64,000 bases of DNA, from assembly GCF_009914755.1 (NCBI RefSeq), contig NC_060948.1. One strand, written 5' to 3'. The notes beneath the pieces were generated by a model. The model made no database searches, was not told the DNA's origin, and was given only the letters and a program-made list of their open reading frames with translations. Both the position numbers and the translations under genes were made by a program. This DNA is from the human T2T-CHM13v2.0 reference genome, Homo sapiens. The first letter of the stretch is position 1; every line of letters begins with the position of its first letter. Below are positions 26,301 to 40,700 of the stretch, one piece after another.

Positions 26301-29300
26301 AAGCTGCAGACCTTGGTCGTGAGTGTTACAGCACTTACAGGTGTTATGTCCCGAGTTTGTTCCATCAGATGTGTCCAGAGTTTCTTCCTTTTGGCAGGTA
26401 CATGGTCTTGCTCATTTCTAGAATGAAGCTGCAGACCTTAGTGCTGAGTATTACAGAACTTAAAGGTGTTATGTAAAGGGTTTGTTCCTTCAGATGTGTC
26501 AAAAGTTTCTTCCATCTGGCAGGTTCATGGTCTTGCTCACTTCAAGAATGATGTTGCAGAGCTTTACGGTGAATGTTACAGCACTTATAGCTGTTATATC
26601 CAGATTTTGTTCCTTCAGATGTGTCCAGAGTTTCTTTCTTCTGGCAGGTTCATGGTCTTGCTCACTTCAAGAATGAATGAAGCTGTAGACATTTACGTTG
26701 AGTGTTACAGCATATAAAGGTGTTATGTCTAGAGTTTGGTCCTTCAGATATGTCCAGAGTTTCTTCCTTCGGGCAGGTTCATGGTCTTGCTCACTTCAAG
26801 AATGAAGCTGCAGACATTATTGTTGAGGGTTACAGCACTTAAATGTGTTATGTCCAGAGTTTTTCCTTCAGATATGTCCAGAGTTTCTTCCTTCTGGCAG
26901 GTTCATGGTCTTGCTCAATTCAAGAATGAAGCTGCCGACCTTAGTGGTGAGTGTTACAGCACTTTAAGGTGTTATGTCCAGAGTTTGTTCCTTCAGATGT
27001 GTCCAGAGTTTCTTCCTACTGGCACGTTCATGGTCTTGCTCACTTCAAGAAAGAAGCTGCAGACCTTAGTGGTGAGTGTTACAGTACTTAAAGGTGTTAT
27101 GTCCAGAGTTTTTTCCTTCAGATGTGTCCAGAGTTTCTTTCATCTGGCAGGTTCATGGTCTTGCTCACTTCAAGAGTGAAGCTGCAAAATTTATTGGTGA
27201 TTGTTACAGCACCTAAATGTGTTATGTCCAGAGTTTGTACCTTCAGATGTGTCCAGATATTCTTCCTTCTGGCATGTTAATGGTCTTGCTCACTTCAAGA
27301 AAGAATGAAGCTGCAGACCTTTACGGTGAGTGTTACAGCATATAAAGGTGTTATGTCCAGAGTTTGGTCCTTCAGATGTGTCCAGAATTTCTTCTATCGG
27401 GCAGGTTCATGGTCTCGCTCACTTCAAGAATGAAGCTGCAGACCTTATTGGTGAGGGTTACAGCACGTAAAGGTGTTATGTCCAGAGTTTTTTCCTTCAG
27501 ATGTGTGAAGAGTTTCTTCCTTCTGGAAGGTTCATGGTCTTGCTCACTTCAAGAATCAAGCTGCAGACCTTAGTGGTGAGGGTTACAGCAGTTAAAGGTG
27601 TTATGTCCAGAGTTTATTCCTTCAGATGTGTCCAGAGTTTCTTCCTTCTGGCAGGTTCATGGTCTTGCTCACTTCAAGAATGAAGCTGCAGACCTTAGTA
27701 GTGAGTGTTACAGCACTTAAAGGTGTTATGTCCAGAGTTTTTTCCTTCAGATGTGTCCAGAGTTTCTTTCATCTGGCAGGTTCATGGTCTTGCTCACTTC
27801 AAGAGTGAAGCTGCAAAATTTAGTGGTTATTGTTACAGCACATAAAGGTGTTATGTCCAGAGTTTGTTCTTTCAGATGTGTCCAGATATTCTTCCTTCTG
27901 GCATGTTCATGGTCTTGCTCACTTCAAGAAAGAATGAAGCTGCAGACCTTTACGGTGAGTGTTACAGCATATAAAGGTGTTATGTCCAGAGTTTGGTTCT
28001 TCAGATGTGTCCAGAATTTCTTCTTTCGGGCAGGTTCATGGTCTTGCTCACTTGAAGAATGAAGCTGCAGACCTTGGTGTTGAGTGTTACAGCATTTTAA
28101 GGTGTTATGTGCAGAGTTTGTTCCATCAGATGTGTATAGAGTTTCTTCCTTCTGGCAGGTTCATGGTCTTGCTCACTTCAAGAGTGAAGCTGCAGAATTT
28201 AGTGGTGAGTGTTACAGCACTTAAAGGTGTTATGTCCAGAGTTTGTTCCTTCAGATGTGTCCAAAGTTTCTTCAATCTGGCAGGTTCATGGTCTTGCACA
28301 CTTCAAGAGTGAAGGTGCAGAATTTAGTGGTGAGTGTTACAGCACTTAAAATTGTTATGTCCAGAGTTTGTTATTTCAGATGTGTCCAGATATTCTTCCT
28401 TCTGGCAGGTTCATGGTCTTGCTCACTTCAAGAAAGAATGAAGCTGCTGACCTTTACGGTGAGTGTTACAGCATATAAAGGTGTTTTGTCCAGAGTTTGG
28501 TCCTTCAGATGTGTCCAGAAGTTCTTCCTTCGGGCAGGGTCATGGTCTTACTCACTTCAAGAATGAACCTGCAGACCTTGATGGTGAGTGTTACAGCACT
28601 TAATTGTGTTATATCCAGACTTTGTTCCATCTGCTGTGTATAGAGTTTCTTCTTTCTGGCAGTTTTATGGCCTTGCTCACTTCAAGAATGAAGCTGCAGA
28701 ACTTAGTGGTGAGTGTTACAGCACATAAAGCTGTTATGTCCAGAGTTTGGTCCATCACATATGTATAGAGTTTCTTCCTTCTGGCAGGTTGATGGACTTG
28801 CTCAATACAAGAACGAAGCTGTAGACCTTTACGGTGAGTGTTACAGCACTTAAAGGTGTTATATCCAGAGTTTGTTCCTTCAGATGTGTCCAGAGTTTCC
28901 TTCTTCTCTCAGGTTCATGGCCTTGCTCACGTCAAGAATGAATCTCCGGACGTTTACGGCGAGTTTTACAGCATTTAAAAGTGGTATGTCCAGAGTTGTT
29001 CCTTCAGTTTTGTTCAGAGTTTCTTCCTTCTGGCAGGTTCATGGTCTTGCTCACTTCAAGAATGAAGCTGCAGACCTTGGTGGTGAGTGTTACCGCACTT
29101 AAAGGTGTTATGTCCAGAGTTGGTTCCATCAGATGTGTCCAGAGTTTTTTCCTTCTGGCATGTTCATGGTCTTGCTCACTTCAAGAAAGAATGAAGCTGC
29201 AGAACTTTACGGTGAGTGTTACAGCATATAAAGTGTTGTGTCCAGAGTTTGTTCCTTCAGATGTGTCCAGAGTTTCTTCCTTCTGGCAGGTTCATTGTCT

Positions 29301-32300
29301 TGCTCACTTCAAGGATGAGGCTGCAGACCTAGGTGGTGAGTGTTACAGCACTTAAAGGTGTTATGTCCAGAGTTTATTCCTTCAGACGTGTCCAGAGTTT
29401 CTTTCTTCTAGCAGGTTCATGGTCTTGTTCACTTCAAGAATGAAGCTCCAGTCCTTTACGGTGAGTGTTACAGCACTTAAAGGTGTTATGTCCAGAGTTT
29501 GTTCCTTCAGATGTGTCCAGAGTTTCTTCCTTCTGGCAGGTTCAGGGTCTTGCTCACTTCAAGAATGAAACTGCAGACCATTACGGTGAGTGTTACAGCA
29601 CTTAAAGGTGTTATGTCCAGAGTTTTTTCCTTCAGATGTGTCCAGTTTCTTCCTTCTGGCAGGTTCATGGTCTTACTCACTTCAAGAAGGAATCTGTAGA
29701 CCTTTACGGTGAGTGTTCCAGAACTGAAAGATGTTATGTCCAGAGTTTGTTCCTTCAGATATTTGCAGAGTTTCTTCCATCTGGCAGGTTCATGGTCTTG
29801 CTCACTTCAAGAATGAAGCTGCAGACTTTGGTCGTGAGTGTTACAGCACTTACAGGTGTTATGTCCCGAGTTTGTTCCATCAGATGTGTCCAGAGTTTCT
29901 TCCTTTTGGCAGGTACATGGTCTTGCTCATTTCAAGAATGAAGCTGCAGACCTTAGTGTTGAGTGTTACAGCACTTAAAGGTGTTATGTAAAGTGTTTTT
30001 TCCTTCAGATGTGTCCAAAGTTTCTTCAATCTGGCAGGTTCATGGTTTGCTCACTTCAAGAATGATGTTGCAGAGCTTTACGGTGAGTGTTACAGCACTT
30101 AAAGTTGTTATATCCAGAGTTTGTTCCTTCAGATGTGTCCAGAGTTTCTTCCTTCGGGCAGGTTCATGGTCTTGCTCACTTCAAGAATGAATGAAGCTGC
30201 AGACCTTTACGTTGAGTGTTACAGCATATAAAAGTGTTATGTCCAGAGTTTGGTCCTTCAGATGTGTCCAGAGTTTCTTCCTTCGGGCAGGTTCATGATC
30301 TTGCTCACTTCAAGAATGAAGCTGCAGACATTATTGGTGAGGGTTACAGCACTTAAATGTGTTATGTCCAGAGTTTTTCCTTCACATATGTCCAGAGTTT
30401 CTTCCTTCTGGCAGGTTCATTGTCTTGCTCAATTCAAGAATGAAGCTGCCGACCTTAGTGGTGAGTGTTACAGCACTTTAAGGTGTTATGTCCAGACTTT
30501 GTTCCTTCAGATGTGTCCAGAGTTTCTTCCTACTGGCAGGTTCATGGACTTGCTCACTTCAAGAATGAAGCTGCAGACCTTAGTGGTGAGTGTTACAGTA
30601 CTTAAAGTTGTTATTTCCAGAGTTTTTTCCTTCAGATGTGTCCAGAGTTTCTTCCATCTGGAAGGTTCATAGTCTTGCTCACTTCAAGAGTGAAGCTGCA
30701 AAATTTAGTGGTGATTGTTACAGCACTTAAATGTGTTATGTCCAGAGTTTATACCTTCAGATGTGTCCAGATATACTTCCTTCTGGCATGTTCATGATCT
30801 TGCTCACTTCAAGAAAGAATGAAGCTTCAGACTTTTGCGGTGAGTGTTACAGCATATAAAGGTGTTATGTCCAGAGTTTGGTCCTTCAGATGTGTCCAGA
30901 ATTTCTTCTTTCGGGCAGGTTCATGGTCTTGCTCACTTCAAGAATGAAGCTGCAGAACTTGGTGGTGAGTTTTACAGCAGTTAAAGGTGTTATGTCCGGA
31001 ATTTTTTCCATCAGATGTGTATAGAGTTTCTTCCTTCTCTCATGTTCATGGTCTTGCTCACTTCAAGAATGAAGCTGCAGACATTTACGGTGAGTGTCAC
31101 AGCACTTAAAGGTGTTATGTCCAGAGTTTGTTCATTCAGATGTGTCCAGAATTTCTTCCTTCTGGCAGGTTCATGGTCTTGCTCACTTCAAGAATGAAGC
31201 TGCAGACCTTTAGGGTGAGTGTTACAGCAATTAAAAGTGTTATGTCCAGAGTTTGTTCCTTCATATGTGGCCAGAGTTTCTTCTTTCTGGCAGGTTCATG
31301 ATCTTGCTCCCTTCAAGAATGAAGCTGCAGACTTTTACGGTGAGTGTTACAGCACTTAAAGGTGTTATGTCCAGAGTTTGTTCCTTTAGATGTGTCCAGA
31401 GTTTCTTCCTTCAGGCAGGTTCATGGTCTTGCTCACTTCAAGAATGAACCTGCAGACCTTAGTGGTGACGGTTACAACACTTAAATGTGTTATGTCCAGA
31501 GTTTTTTCCTTCAGATGTGTCCAGAGTTTCTTCCTTCTGGCAGTTTCATGGTCTTGCTCAATTCAAGAATGAAGCTGCAGACTTTAGTGGTGAGTGTTAC
31601 AGCACTTAAAAGTGTTATGTCCGGAGTTTATTCCTTCAGATGTGTCCAGAGTTTCTTCCTTCTGGCAGGTTCCTGGTCTTGCTCACTTCAAGAATGAAGC
31701 TGCAGACCTTAGTAGTGAGTGTCACAGCAATTAAAGGTGTTATGTCCAGAGTTTCTTCCTTCAGATGTGTCCAGAGTTTCTTCTATCTGGCAGGTTCATG
31801 GTCTTGCTCCCTTCAAGAGTGAAGCTGCAAAATTTAGTGGTTATTGTTACAGCACATAAAGGTGTTATGTCCAGAGTTTGTTCCTTCAGATGTGTCCAGA
31901 TATTCTTCCTTCTGGCATGTTCATGGTCTTGCTCACTTCTAGAAAGAATGAAGCTGCAGACCTTTACGGTGAGTGTTACAGCATTTAAAGGTGTTATGTC
32001 CAGAGTTTGGTTCTTCAGATGTGTCCAGAATTTCTTCTTTCGGGCAGATTCACGGTGTTGGTCACTTGAAGAATGAAGCTACAGACCTTGGTGGTGAGTG
32101 TTACAGCACTTAAAGTTGTTATGTGCAGAGATTGTTCCATCAGATGTGTATAGAGTTTCTTCCTTCTGGCAGGTTCATGGTCTTGCTCACTTCAACAATG
32201 AAGCTCCAGAACGTTACGGTGAGTGTTACAGCACTTAATGTTGTCATGTCTAGGGTTTGTTCCTTCAGATGTGTCCAGAGATTCTTCATTCTGGCAGGTT

Positions 32301-35300
32301 CATTGTCTTGTTCTGCTCAAGAATGGAGCTGCAGACCGTTAGGGTGAGTGTTACAGCACTTAAAAGTGTTATGTCCAGAGTTTGTTCCTTCAGATGTGGC
32401 CAGAGTTTCTTCTTCTGGCAGGTTCATGGTCTTCCTCACTTCAAGAATGAAGCTGGAAACCCTTACGGTGCGTGTTACAGCACTTAATGTTTTCATGTCC
32501 AGGTTTTTTTCCTTCAGATGTGTCCAGAATTTCTTCATTCTGGCAGGTTCATGGTCTTGTTCTCTTCAAGAATGAAGCTGCAGACATTAGTGGTGAGCGT
32601 TACAGCACTTAAAGGTTTTATGTCCAGAGTTTATTCCATAAGATGTGTCTATAGTTTCTTCCTTCTGGCAGGTGAATGGTCTTGCTCACTTCAAGAATGA
32701 AGCTGCAGACCTTAGTGGTGAGTGTTACAGCGCTTAAAGGTGTTATGTAAAGAGTTTGTTCCTTGTGATGTGTGCAGAGTTTCTTCCTTCTGGCAGGTTC
32801 ATGGTCTTGCTCACTTCAAAAATGATGCTGCAGACTTTTACGGTGAGTGTTACAGCACTTAAAGGTGTTATATCCAGAGTTTGTTCCTTCAGATGAGTCC
32901 AGAGTTTCTTTCTCCTGGCAGGTTCATGGTCTTGCTCCCTTCAAGAATGAAGCTCCAGACCTTTACGGTGAGTTTTACAGCATTTAAAGGTGTTATGTCC
33001 AGAGTTTGTTCCTTCAGTTGAGTCCAGAGTTTCTTCCTTCTGGCAGGGTCATGGTCTTGCTCACTTCAAGAATGAAGCTGCAGACCTTGGTCGTGAGTGT
33101 TACAGCACTTACAGGTGTTATGTCCGGAGTTTGATCCATCAGATATGTCCAGAGTTTCTTCCTTTTGGCAGGTACATGGTCTTGCTCATTTCAAGAATGA
33201 AGCTGCAGATCTTAGTGCTGAGTGTTACAGCACTTAAAGGTGTTATGTAAAGAGTTTGTTCCTTCAGAGGTGTCCAATGTTTCTTCAATCTGGCAGGTTC
33301 ATGGTCTTGCTCACTTCAAGAATGATGTTGCAGAGCTTTGCGGTGAGTGTTACAGCACTTAAAGGTGTTATATCCAGAGTTTGTTCCTTCCGATGTGTCC
33401 AGAGTTTCTTTCTTCTGGCAGGTTCATGGTCTTGCTCACTTCAAGAATGAAGCTGCAGAACTTAGTGGTGAGTGTTACAGTACTTAAAGGTGTTATGTCC
33501 AGAGCTTTTTCCTTCAGATGTGTCCAGAGTTTCTTCCATCTGGCAGGTTCATTGTCTTGCTCACTTCAAGAATGAAGCTGCAAAATTTAGTGGTGATTGT
33601 TACAGCACTTAAATGTGTTATGTCCAGAGTTTGTACCTTCAGATTTGTCCAGATATTCTTCCTTCTGGCATGTTCATGGTCTTGCTCACTTCAAGAAAGA
33701 ATGAAGCTGCAGACCTTTACGGTGAGTGTTACAGCATACAAAGGTGTTATGTCCAGAGTTTGGTCCTTCAGATGTGTCCAGAATTTCTTCTTTCGGGCAG
33801 GTTCATGGTCTTGCTCACTTCAAGAATGAAGCTGCAGACCTTGGTGGTGAGTTTTACAGCAGTTAAAGGTGTTATGTCCGGAGTTTTTTCCATCAGATGT
33901 GTATAGAGTTTCTTCCCTCTGGCATGTTAATGGTCTTGCTCACTTCAAGAATGAAGCTGCAGACCTTTACGGTGAGTGTCACAGCACTTAAAGGTGTTAT
34001 GTCCAGAGTTTGTTCATTCAGATGTGTCCAGAATTTCTTCCTTCTGGCAGGTTCATGGTCTTGCTCACTTCAAGAATGAAGCTGCAGATCTTTAGGGTGA
34101 GTGTTACAGCACTTAAAAGTGTTATGTACAGAGTGTGTTACTTCATATGTGGCCAGAGTTTCTTCCTTCTGTCAGGTTCATGGTCTTGCTCACTTCAAGA
34201 ATGAAGCTGCAGACCTTAGTGGTGAGGGTTACAGCACTTAAAGGTGTTATGTCCAGAGTTTTTTCCTTCAGATGTGTCAAGAGTTTCTTCCTTCTGGAAG
34301 GTTCATGGTCTTGCTCACTTCAAGAATGAAGCTGCAGACCTTAGTGGTGACGGTTACAGCACTTAAAGGTGTTATGTCCAGAGTTTTTTCCTTCAGATGT
34401 GTCCAGAGTTTCTTCCTTCTGGCAGGTTCATGGTCTTGCTCAATTCAAGAATGAAGCTGCAGACCTTAGTGGTGAGGGTTACAGCACTTAAAGGTGTTAT
34501 GTCCAGAGTTTATTCCTTCAGATGTGTCCAGAGTTTCTTCCTTCTGGCAGGTTCATGGTCTTGCTCACTTCAAAATGAAGCTGCAGACCTTAGTAGTGAG
34601 TGTTACAGCACCTAAATGTGTTATGTCCAGAGTTTTTTCCTTCAGATATGTCCAGAGTTTCTTCTATCTGGCAGGTTCATGGTCTTGCTCACTTCAAGAG
34701 TGAAGCTGCAAAATTTAGTGGTTATTGTTACAGCACATAAAGGTGTTATGTCCAGAGTTTGTTCCTTCAGATGTGTCCAGATATTCTTCCTTCTGGCATG
34801 TTCATGTTCTTGCTCACTTCAAGAAAGAATGAAGCTGCAGACCTTTACGGTGAGTGTTACAGCATATAAAGTTGTTATGTCCAGAGTGTGGTTCTTCAGA
34901 TGTGTCCAGAATTTCTTCTTTCGGGCAGGTTCATGGTCTTGCTCACTTGAAGAATGAAGCTGCAGACCTTGGTTGTGAGTGTTACAAAACTTAAAGGTGT
35001 TATGTGCAGAGTTTGTTCCATCAGATGTGTATAGAGTTTCTTCCTTCTGGCAGGTTCATGGTCTTGCTCACTTCAACAATGAAGCTCCAGAACGTTACGG
35101 TGAGTGTTACGGTACTTAATGTTGTCATGTCCAGGGTTTGTTCCTTCAGATGTGTCCAGAGTTTCTTCATTCTGTCAGGTTCATTTTCTTGTTCTCCTCA
35201 ATAATTAAGCTGCAGACCTTAGTGGTGAGCGTTACCGCACTTAAAGGTTTTATGTTCAGAGTTTGTTCCATAAGATGTGTCCAGAGTTTCTTTCTTATGG

Positions 35301-37700
35301 CAGGTTCATGGTCTTGCTCACTTCAAGGATGAAGCTCCAGACCTTTACGGTGAGTTTTACAGCACTTAAAAGCGTTATGTCCAGAGTTTGTTCCTTCAGT
35401 TGTGTCCAGAGTTTCTTCCTTCTTTCAGGTTCATGGTCTTGCTCACTTCAAGAATGAACCTGCAGACCTTGGTCGTGAGTGTTACAGCACTTACAGGTGT
35501 TATGTTCCGAGTTTGTTCCATCAGATGTGTCCAGAGTTTCTTCCTTTTGGCAGGTACATGGTCTTGCTCATTTCAAGAATGACGCTGCAGATCTTAGTGG
35601 TGAGTGGTAGAGCACTTAAAGGTGTTATGTAAAGAGTTTTTTCCTTCAGATGTTTCCAAAGTTTCTTCAATCTGGCAGATTCATGGTCTTGCTCACTTCA
35701 AGAATGATGTTGCAGAGCTTTACGGTGAGTGTTACAGCACTTAAAGGTGTTATATCCAGAGTTTCTTCCTTCAGATATGACCAGAGTTTCTTTCTTCTGG
35801 CAGGTTCATGGTCTTGCTCACTTCAAGAATGAATGAAGCTGCAGACCTTTACGTTGAGTGTTACAGCATATAAAGGTGTTATGTCCAGAGTTTGGTCCTT
35901 GAGATGTGTCCAGAGTTTCTTCCTTCGGGCTGGTTCATGGTCTTGCTCACTTCAAGAATGAAGCTGCAGACATTATTGGTGAGGGTTACAGCACTTAAAG
36001 TTGTTATGTCCAGAGTTTTTTCCTTCAGATGTGTCTAGAGTTTCTTCCTTCTGGCAGGTTCATGGTCTTGCTCAATTCAGGAATGAAGCTGCAGACCTTA
36101 GTGGTGAGTGTTACAGCACTTAAAGGTGTTATGTACAGAGTTTGTTCCTTCAGATGTGTCCAGAGTTTCTTCCTTCTGGCAGGTTCATGGTCTTGCTCAG
36201 TTCAAGAATGAAGCTGCAGACCTTAGTGGTGAATGTTACAGCACTTAAATGTGTTATATAAAGAGTTTGTTCCTTCAGATGTGTCCAAAGTTTCTTCAAT
36301 CTGGCAGGTTCATGGTCTTGCTCACTTCAAGAATGAAGCTGCAGACCTTTAGGGTGAGTGTTACAGCACTTAAAAGTGTTATGTCCAGAGTTTGTTCCTT
36401 CATATGTGGCCAGAGTTTCTTCCTTCTGGCAGGTTCATGGTCTTGCTCACTTCAAGAATGAAGCTGCAGACCTTTACGGTGAGTGTTACAGCATTTAAAC
36501 GTGTAATCTCCAGAGTTTGTTCCTTTAGATGTGTCCAGAGTTTCTTCCTTCAGGCAGGTTCATGGTCTTGCTCACTTCAAGAATGAAGCTGCGGACCTTA
36601 GTGGTGAGGGTTACAGCACTTAAAGGTGTTATGTCCAGAATTTTTTCCTTCAGATGTGTCCAGAGTTTCTTCCTTCTGGCAGGTTCATGGTCTTGCTCAC
36701 TTCAAGAATGAAGCTGCAGACCTTAGTGGTGAGGGTTACAGCACTTAAAGGTGTTATGTCCAGAGTTTTTTCCTTCAGATGTGTCCAGAGGTTCTTCCTT
36801 CTGGCAGGTTCATGGTCTTGCTCAATTCAAGAATGAAGCTGCAGACGTTAGTGGAGAGTGTTACAGCACTTAATGGTGTTATGTCCAGAGTTTTTTCCTT
36901 CAGATGTGTCCAGAGTTTCTTCCTTCTGGCAGGTTCATGGTCTTGCTCAATTCAAGATTGAAGCTGCAGACCTTAGTGGTGAGTGTTACAGCAGTTAAAG
37001 GTGTTATGTCCAGAGTTTTTTCCTTCAGATGTGTCCAGATTTTCTTCCATCTGGCAGGTTCATGGTCTTGCTCACTTCAAGAGTGAAGCTGCATAATTTA
37101 GTGGTGATTGTTACAGCACTTAAAGGTGTTATGTCCAGAGTTTGTTCCTTCAGATGTGTCCAGATATTCTTCCTTCTGGCATGTTCATGGTCTTGCTCAC
37201 TTCAAGAAAGAATGAAGCTGCAGACCTTTACGGTGTGTGTTGCAGCATATAAAGGTGTTATTTGCAGATTTTTGTCCTTCAGATGTGTCCAGAATTTCTT
37301 CTTTCGGGCAGGTTCATGGTCTTGCTCACTTCAAGAATGAAGCTGCAGACCTTGGTGGTGAGTGTTACAGCACTTAAAGGTGTTATGTCCAGAGTTTGTT
37401 CCATCAGATATGTATAGAGTTTCTTCCTTCTGGCAGGTTCATTGTCTTGCTCACTTCAAGAATGAAGCTGCGGACCTTTACGGTGAGTGTCACAGCACTT
37501 AAAGGTGTTATGTCCAGAGTTTGTTCATTCAGATGTGTCCAGAATTTCTTCCTTCTGGCAGGTTCATGGTCTTGCTCACTTCAAGAATGAAGCTGCAGAC
37601 CGTTAGGGTGAGTGTTACAGCACTTAAAAGTGTTATGTCCAGAGTTTGTTCCTTCAGATGTGGCCAGAGTTTCTTCTTCTGGCAGGTTCATGGTCTTCCT
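20300..37700. repeat. Satellite sub-domain 3: ~2.4-3.5 kb degenerate higher-order repeat
   Basis: Private markers GGTCGTGAGT (23311, 26315, 29830, 33089, 35471), GGTACATGG, TGATGTTGCAGAGC, GAATGAATGAAG, TTCTTCTTTCGGGC and GTGATTGTTAC/GTTATTGTTAC. Confidence 0.65.
24587..25111. repeat. Perfect 250-bp (two-monomer) tandem duplication
   Basis: 24587-24861 equals 24837-25111 base for base by eye, including the rare variants TTCCTGCAGATG, CTGAATAATTTAG and TTACACCAC. ORFs 24604..24798 and 24854..25048 are identical. Confidence 0.9.
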
Positions 37701-40700
37701 CACTTTAAGAATGAAACTGCAGACCCTTACAGTGAGTGTTACAGCATTTAAACGTCTTATGTCCAGAGTTTGTTCTTTTAGATGTGCCCAGAGTTTCTTC
37801 CTTCTGGCAGGTTCATGGTCTTGCTCACTTCAAGAATGAAGCTGCAGACCTAGGTTTTGAGTGTTACAACACTTAAAGGTGTTATGTCCAGAGTTTGTAC
37901 CGTCAGATATGTCTAGAGTTTCTTCCTTCTGGCAGGTTCATGGTCTTGCTCACTTCAAGAATGAAGCTGCAGACCTTAGTGGTGAGTGTGACAGTAATTA
38001 AATTTGTTATGTCCAGAGTTTGTTCGTTCAGATGTGTCCAGAGTTTCTTCCATCTGGTAGGTTCATGGTCTTGCTCACTTCAAGAATGATGTTGCAGAGC
38101 TTTACGGTGAGTGTTACAGCACTTAAAGGTGTTATATCCAGAGTTAGTTCCTTCAGATGTGTCCAGAGTTTCTTCCTTCTGGCAAGTTCAAGGTCTTGCT
38201 AACTTCAAGAATGAAGCTGCAGACCTTTACGCTGAGTGTTACAGTACGTAAATGTGTTATGTCCAGAGTTTGTTAATTCAGATTTGTCCAGAGTTTCTTC
38301 CTTCTGCAGGTTCATGGTCCTGCTCACTTCAACAATGAAGCTGCAGACCTTTACGGTGAGTGTTACAGCACTTAAAAGTGTTATGTCCAGAGTTTGTTCC
38401 TTCAGATGTGTCCAGAGTTTCTTTCTTCTGGCAGGTTCATGGTCTTCCTCACTTCAATAATGAAGCTCCAGTCCTTTACGGTGAGTGGTACAGCACTTAA
38501 AGGTGTTATGTCCAGCGTTTGTTCCTTCAGATGTGTCCAGAATTTCTTCCTTCTGGCAGTTTCATGGTCTTGCTCCCTTCAAGAATGAAGCTGCAGACAT
38601 TAGTGGTGAGTGTTACAGCACTTAAAGGTGTTATGTCCAGAGATTTTGCCTTCAGATGTGTCCAGAATTTCTTTCATCTGGCAGGTTCATGGTCTTGCTC
38701 ACTTCAAGAGTGAAGCTGCAGAATTTAGTGGTGAGTGTTACAGCACTTAAAGGTGTTATGTCCAGAGTTTGTTCCTTCAGATGTGTCCATAGTTTCTTTC
38801 TTCTGGCAGTTTCATGGTCTTGCTCACTTCAAGAAAGAATGAAGCTGCAGACTTTTACGGTGAGTTTTACAGCATATAAAGTTGTTATGTCCAGAGTTTG
38901 TTCCTTCAGATGTGTATAGAGTTTCTTCCTTCTGGCAGGTTCATGGTCTTGCTCACTTCAAGAATGAAGCTGCAGACCTTTACGGTGAGTGTTACAGCAC
39001 TTAAAGGTGTTATATCCAGAGTTTGTTCCTTCAGATGTGTCCAGAGTTTCTTTCTTCTGGCAGGTTCATGGATTTGCTCACTTCAAGAATGAAGCTCCAG
39101 AGCTTTATGGTGAGTTTTTCATCACTTAAAAGTGTTATGTCCAGGGTCTGTTCCTTCAGTTGTGTCCAGAGTTTCTTCCTTCTGGCAGGTTCATGGTCGT
39201 GCTCACTTGAAGAATGAAACTGCAGACCTTTACGGTGAGTGTTACAACACTTAAAGGTATTATGTCCAGAGTTTGTTACTTCAGATGTGTCCAGAGTTTC
39301 TTCCTTCTGGCAGGTTCATGGTCTTGCTAGCTTCAAGAATGAAGCTGCAGACGTTTACGGTGAGTGTTACAGCACTTAATGTTGTTATTTCGAGAGTTTT
39401 TTCCTTTAGATGTGTCCAGAGTTTCTTCCTTCTGGCAGGTTCGTTGTCTTGCTCACTTCAAAAATGAAGCTGCAGACCTTAGTGGTGAGCGTTACAGCAC
39501 TTACGTTTTTATGTCCAGAGTTTGTTCCTTCAGATGTGTCCAGAGTTTCTTCCTTCTGGCAGGTTCATGGTCTTGCTGTCCTCAAGAATGAAGCTGCAGA
39601 CCTTTACGGTGAGTGTTACAGCATTTAAAGGTGTTATGTCCAGAGTTTTTTCCTTCAGATGTGTCCAGAATTTCTACCTTCTGGCAGGTTCATGGTCTTG
39701 CTCACTTTAAGAATGATGCTGCAGACCTTAGTGGTGAGGGTTACAGCACTTAAAGATGTTATGTCCACAGTTTTTTCCTTCAGATGTGTCCAGAGTTTCT
39801 TCCTTCTGGCAGGTTCATGGTCCTGCTCACGTCAAGAATGAAGCTGCAGACCTTATTGGTGAGTGTTACAGCACTTAAAGGTGTTATGTCCAGAGTTTGT
39901 TCCTTCAGATGTGTACAGAGTTTCTTCCCTCTGGCAGGTTCATGGTCTTGCTCACTTCAAGAATGAAGCTGCAGACCTTTGTGGTGAGTGTTACAGCACT
40001 TAAAGGTTTTGTTTCCAGAGTTTTTTCCTTCAGATGTGTCCAGAGGTTCTTCCATCTGGCAGGTTCATGGTCTTGCTCAGTTCAAGAGTGAAGCTGAAGA
40101 ATTTAGTGGTGAGTGTTACAGCACTTAAAGGTGTTATGTCCAGAGTTTGTTCCTTCAGATGTGGCCAGATATTCTTCCTTCTGGCAGGTTCATGGTGTTG
40201 CTCACTTCAACAAAGAATGAAGCTGCAGATCTTTACGTTGAGTGTTACAGCATATAAAGGTGTTATGTCCGGAGATTGATCCTTCAGATGTGTCCAGATA
40301 TTCTTCCTTCTGTCATGTACATGGTCTTGCTCACTTCCAGAAAGAATGAAGCTGCAGAGATTTACGGTGAGTGTTACAGCATATAAAGGTGTTATTTCCA
40401 GAGTGTGGTCCTTCAGATATGTCCAGAGTTTCTTTCTTCTGGCAGGTTCATGGACGTACTCACTTCAAGAATGAAGCTCCAGACATTTAGGGTGAGTGTT
40501 ACACCACGTAAAAGTGTTATGTCCAGAGTTTGTTCCTTCAGATGTGGCCAGAGTTTCTTCCTTCTGGCAGGTTCATTTGTCTTGCTCACTTCAAGAATGA
40601 AACTGTAGACATTTACGGTGAGTTTTACAGCACTGAAAAATGTTATGTCCAGAGTTTGTTCCTTCAGATGTGTCCAGAGTTTCGTCCTTCTGGCAAGTTC

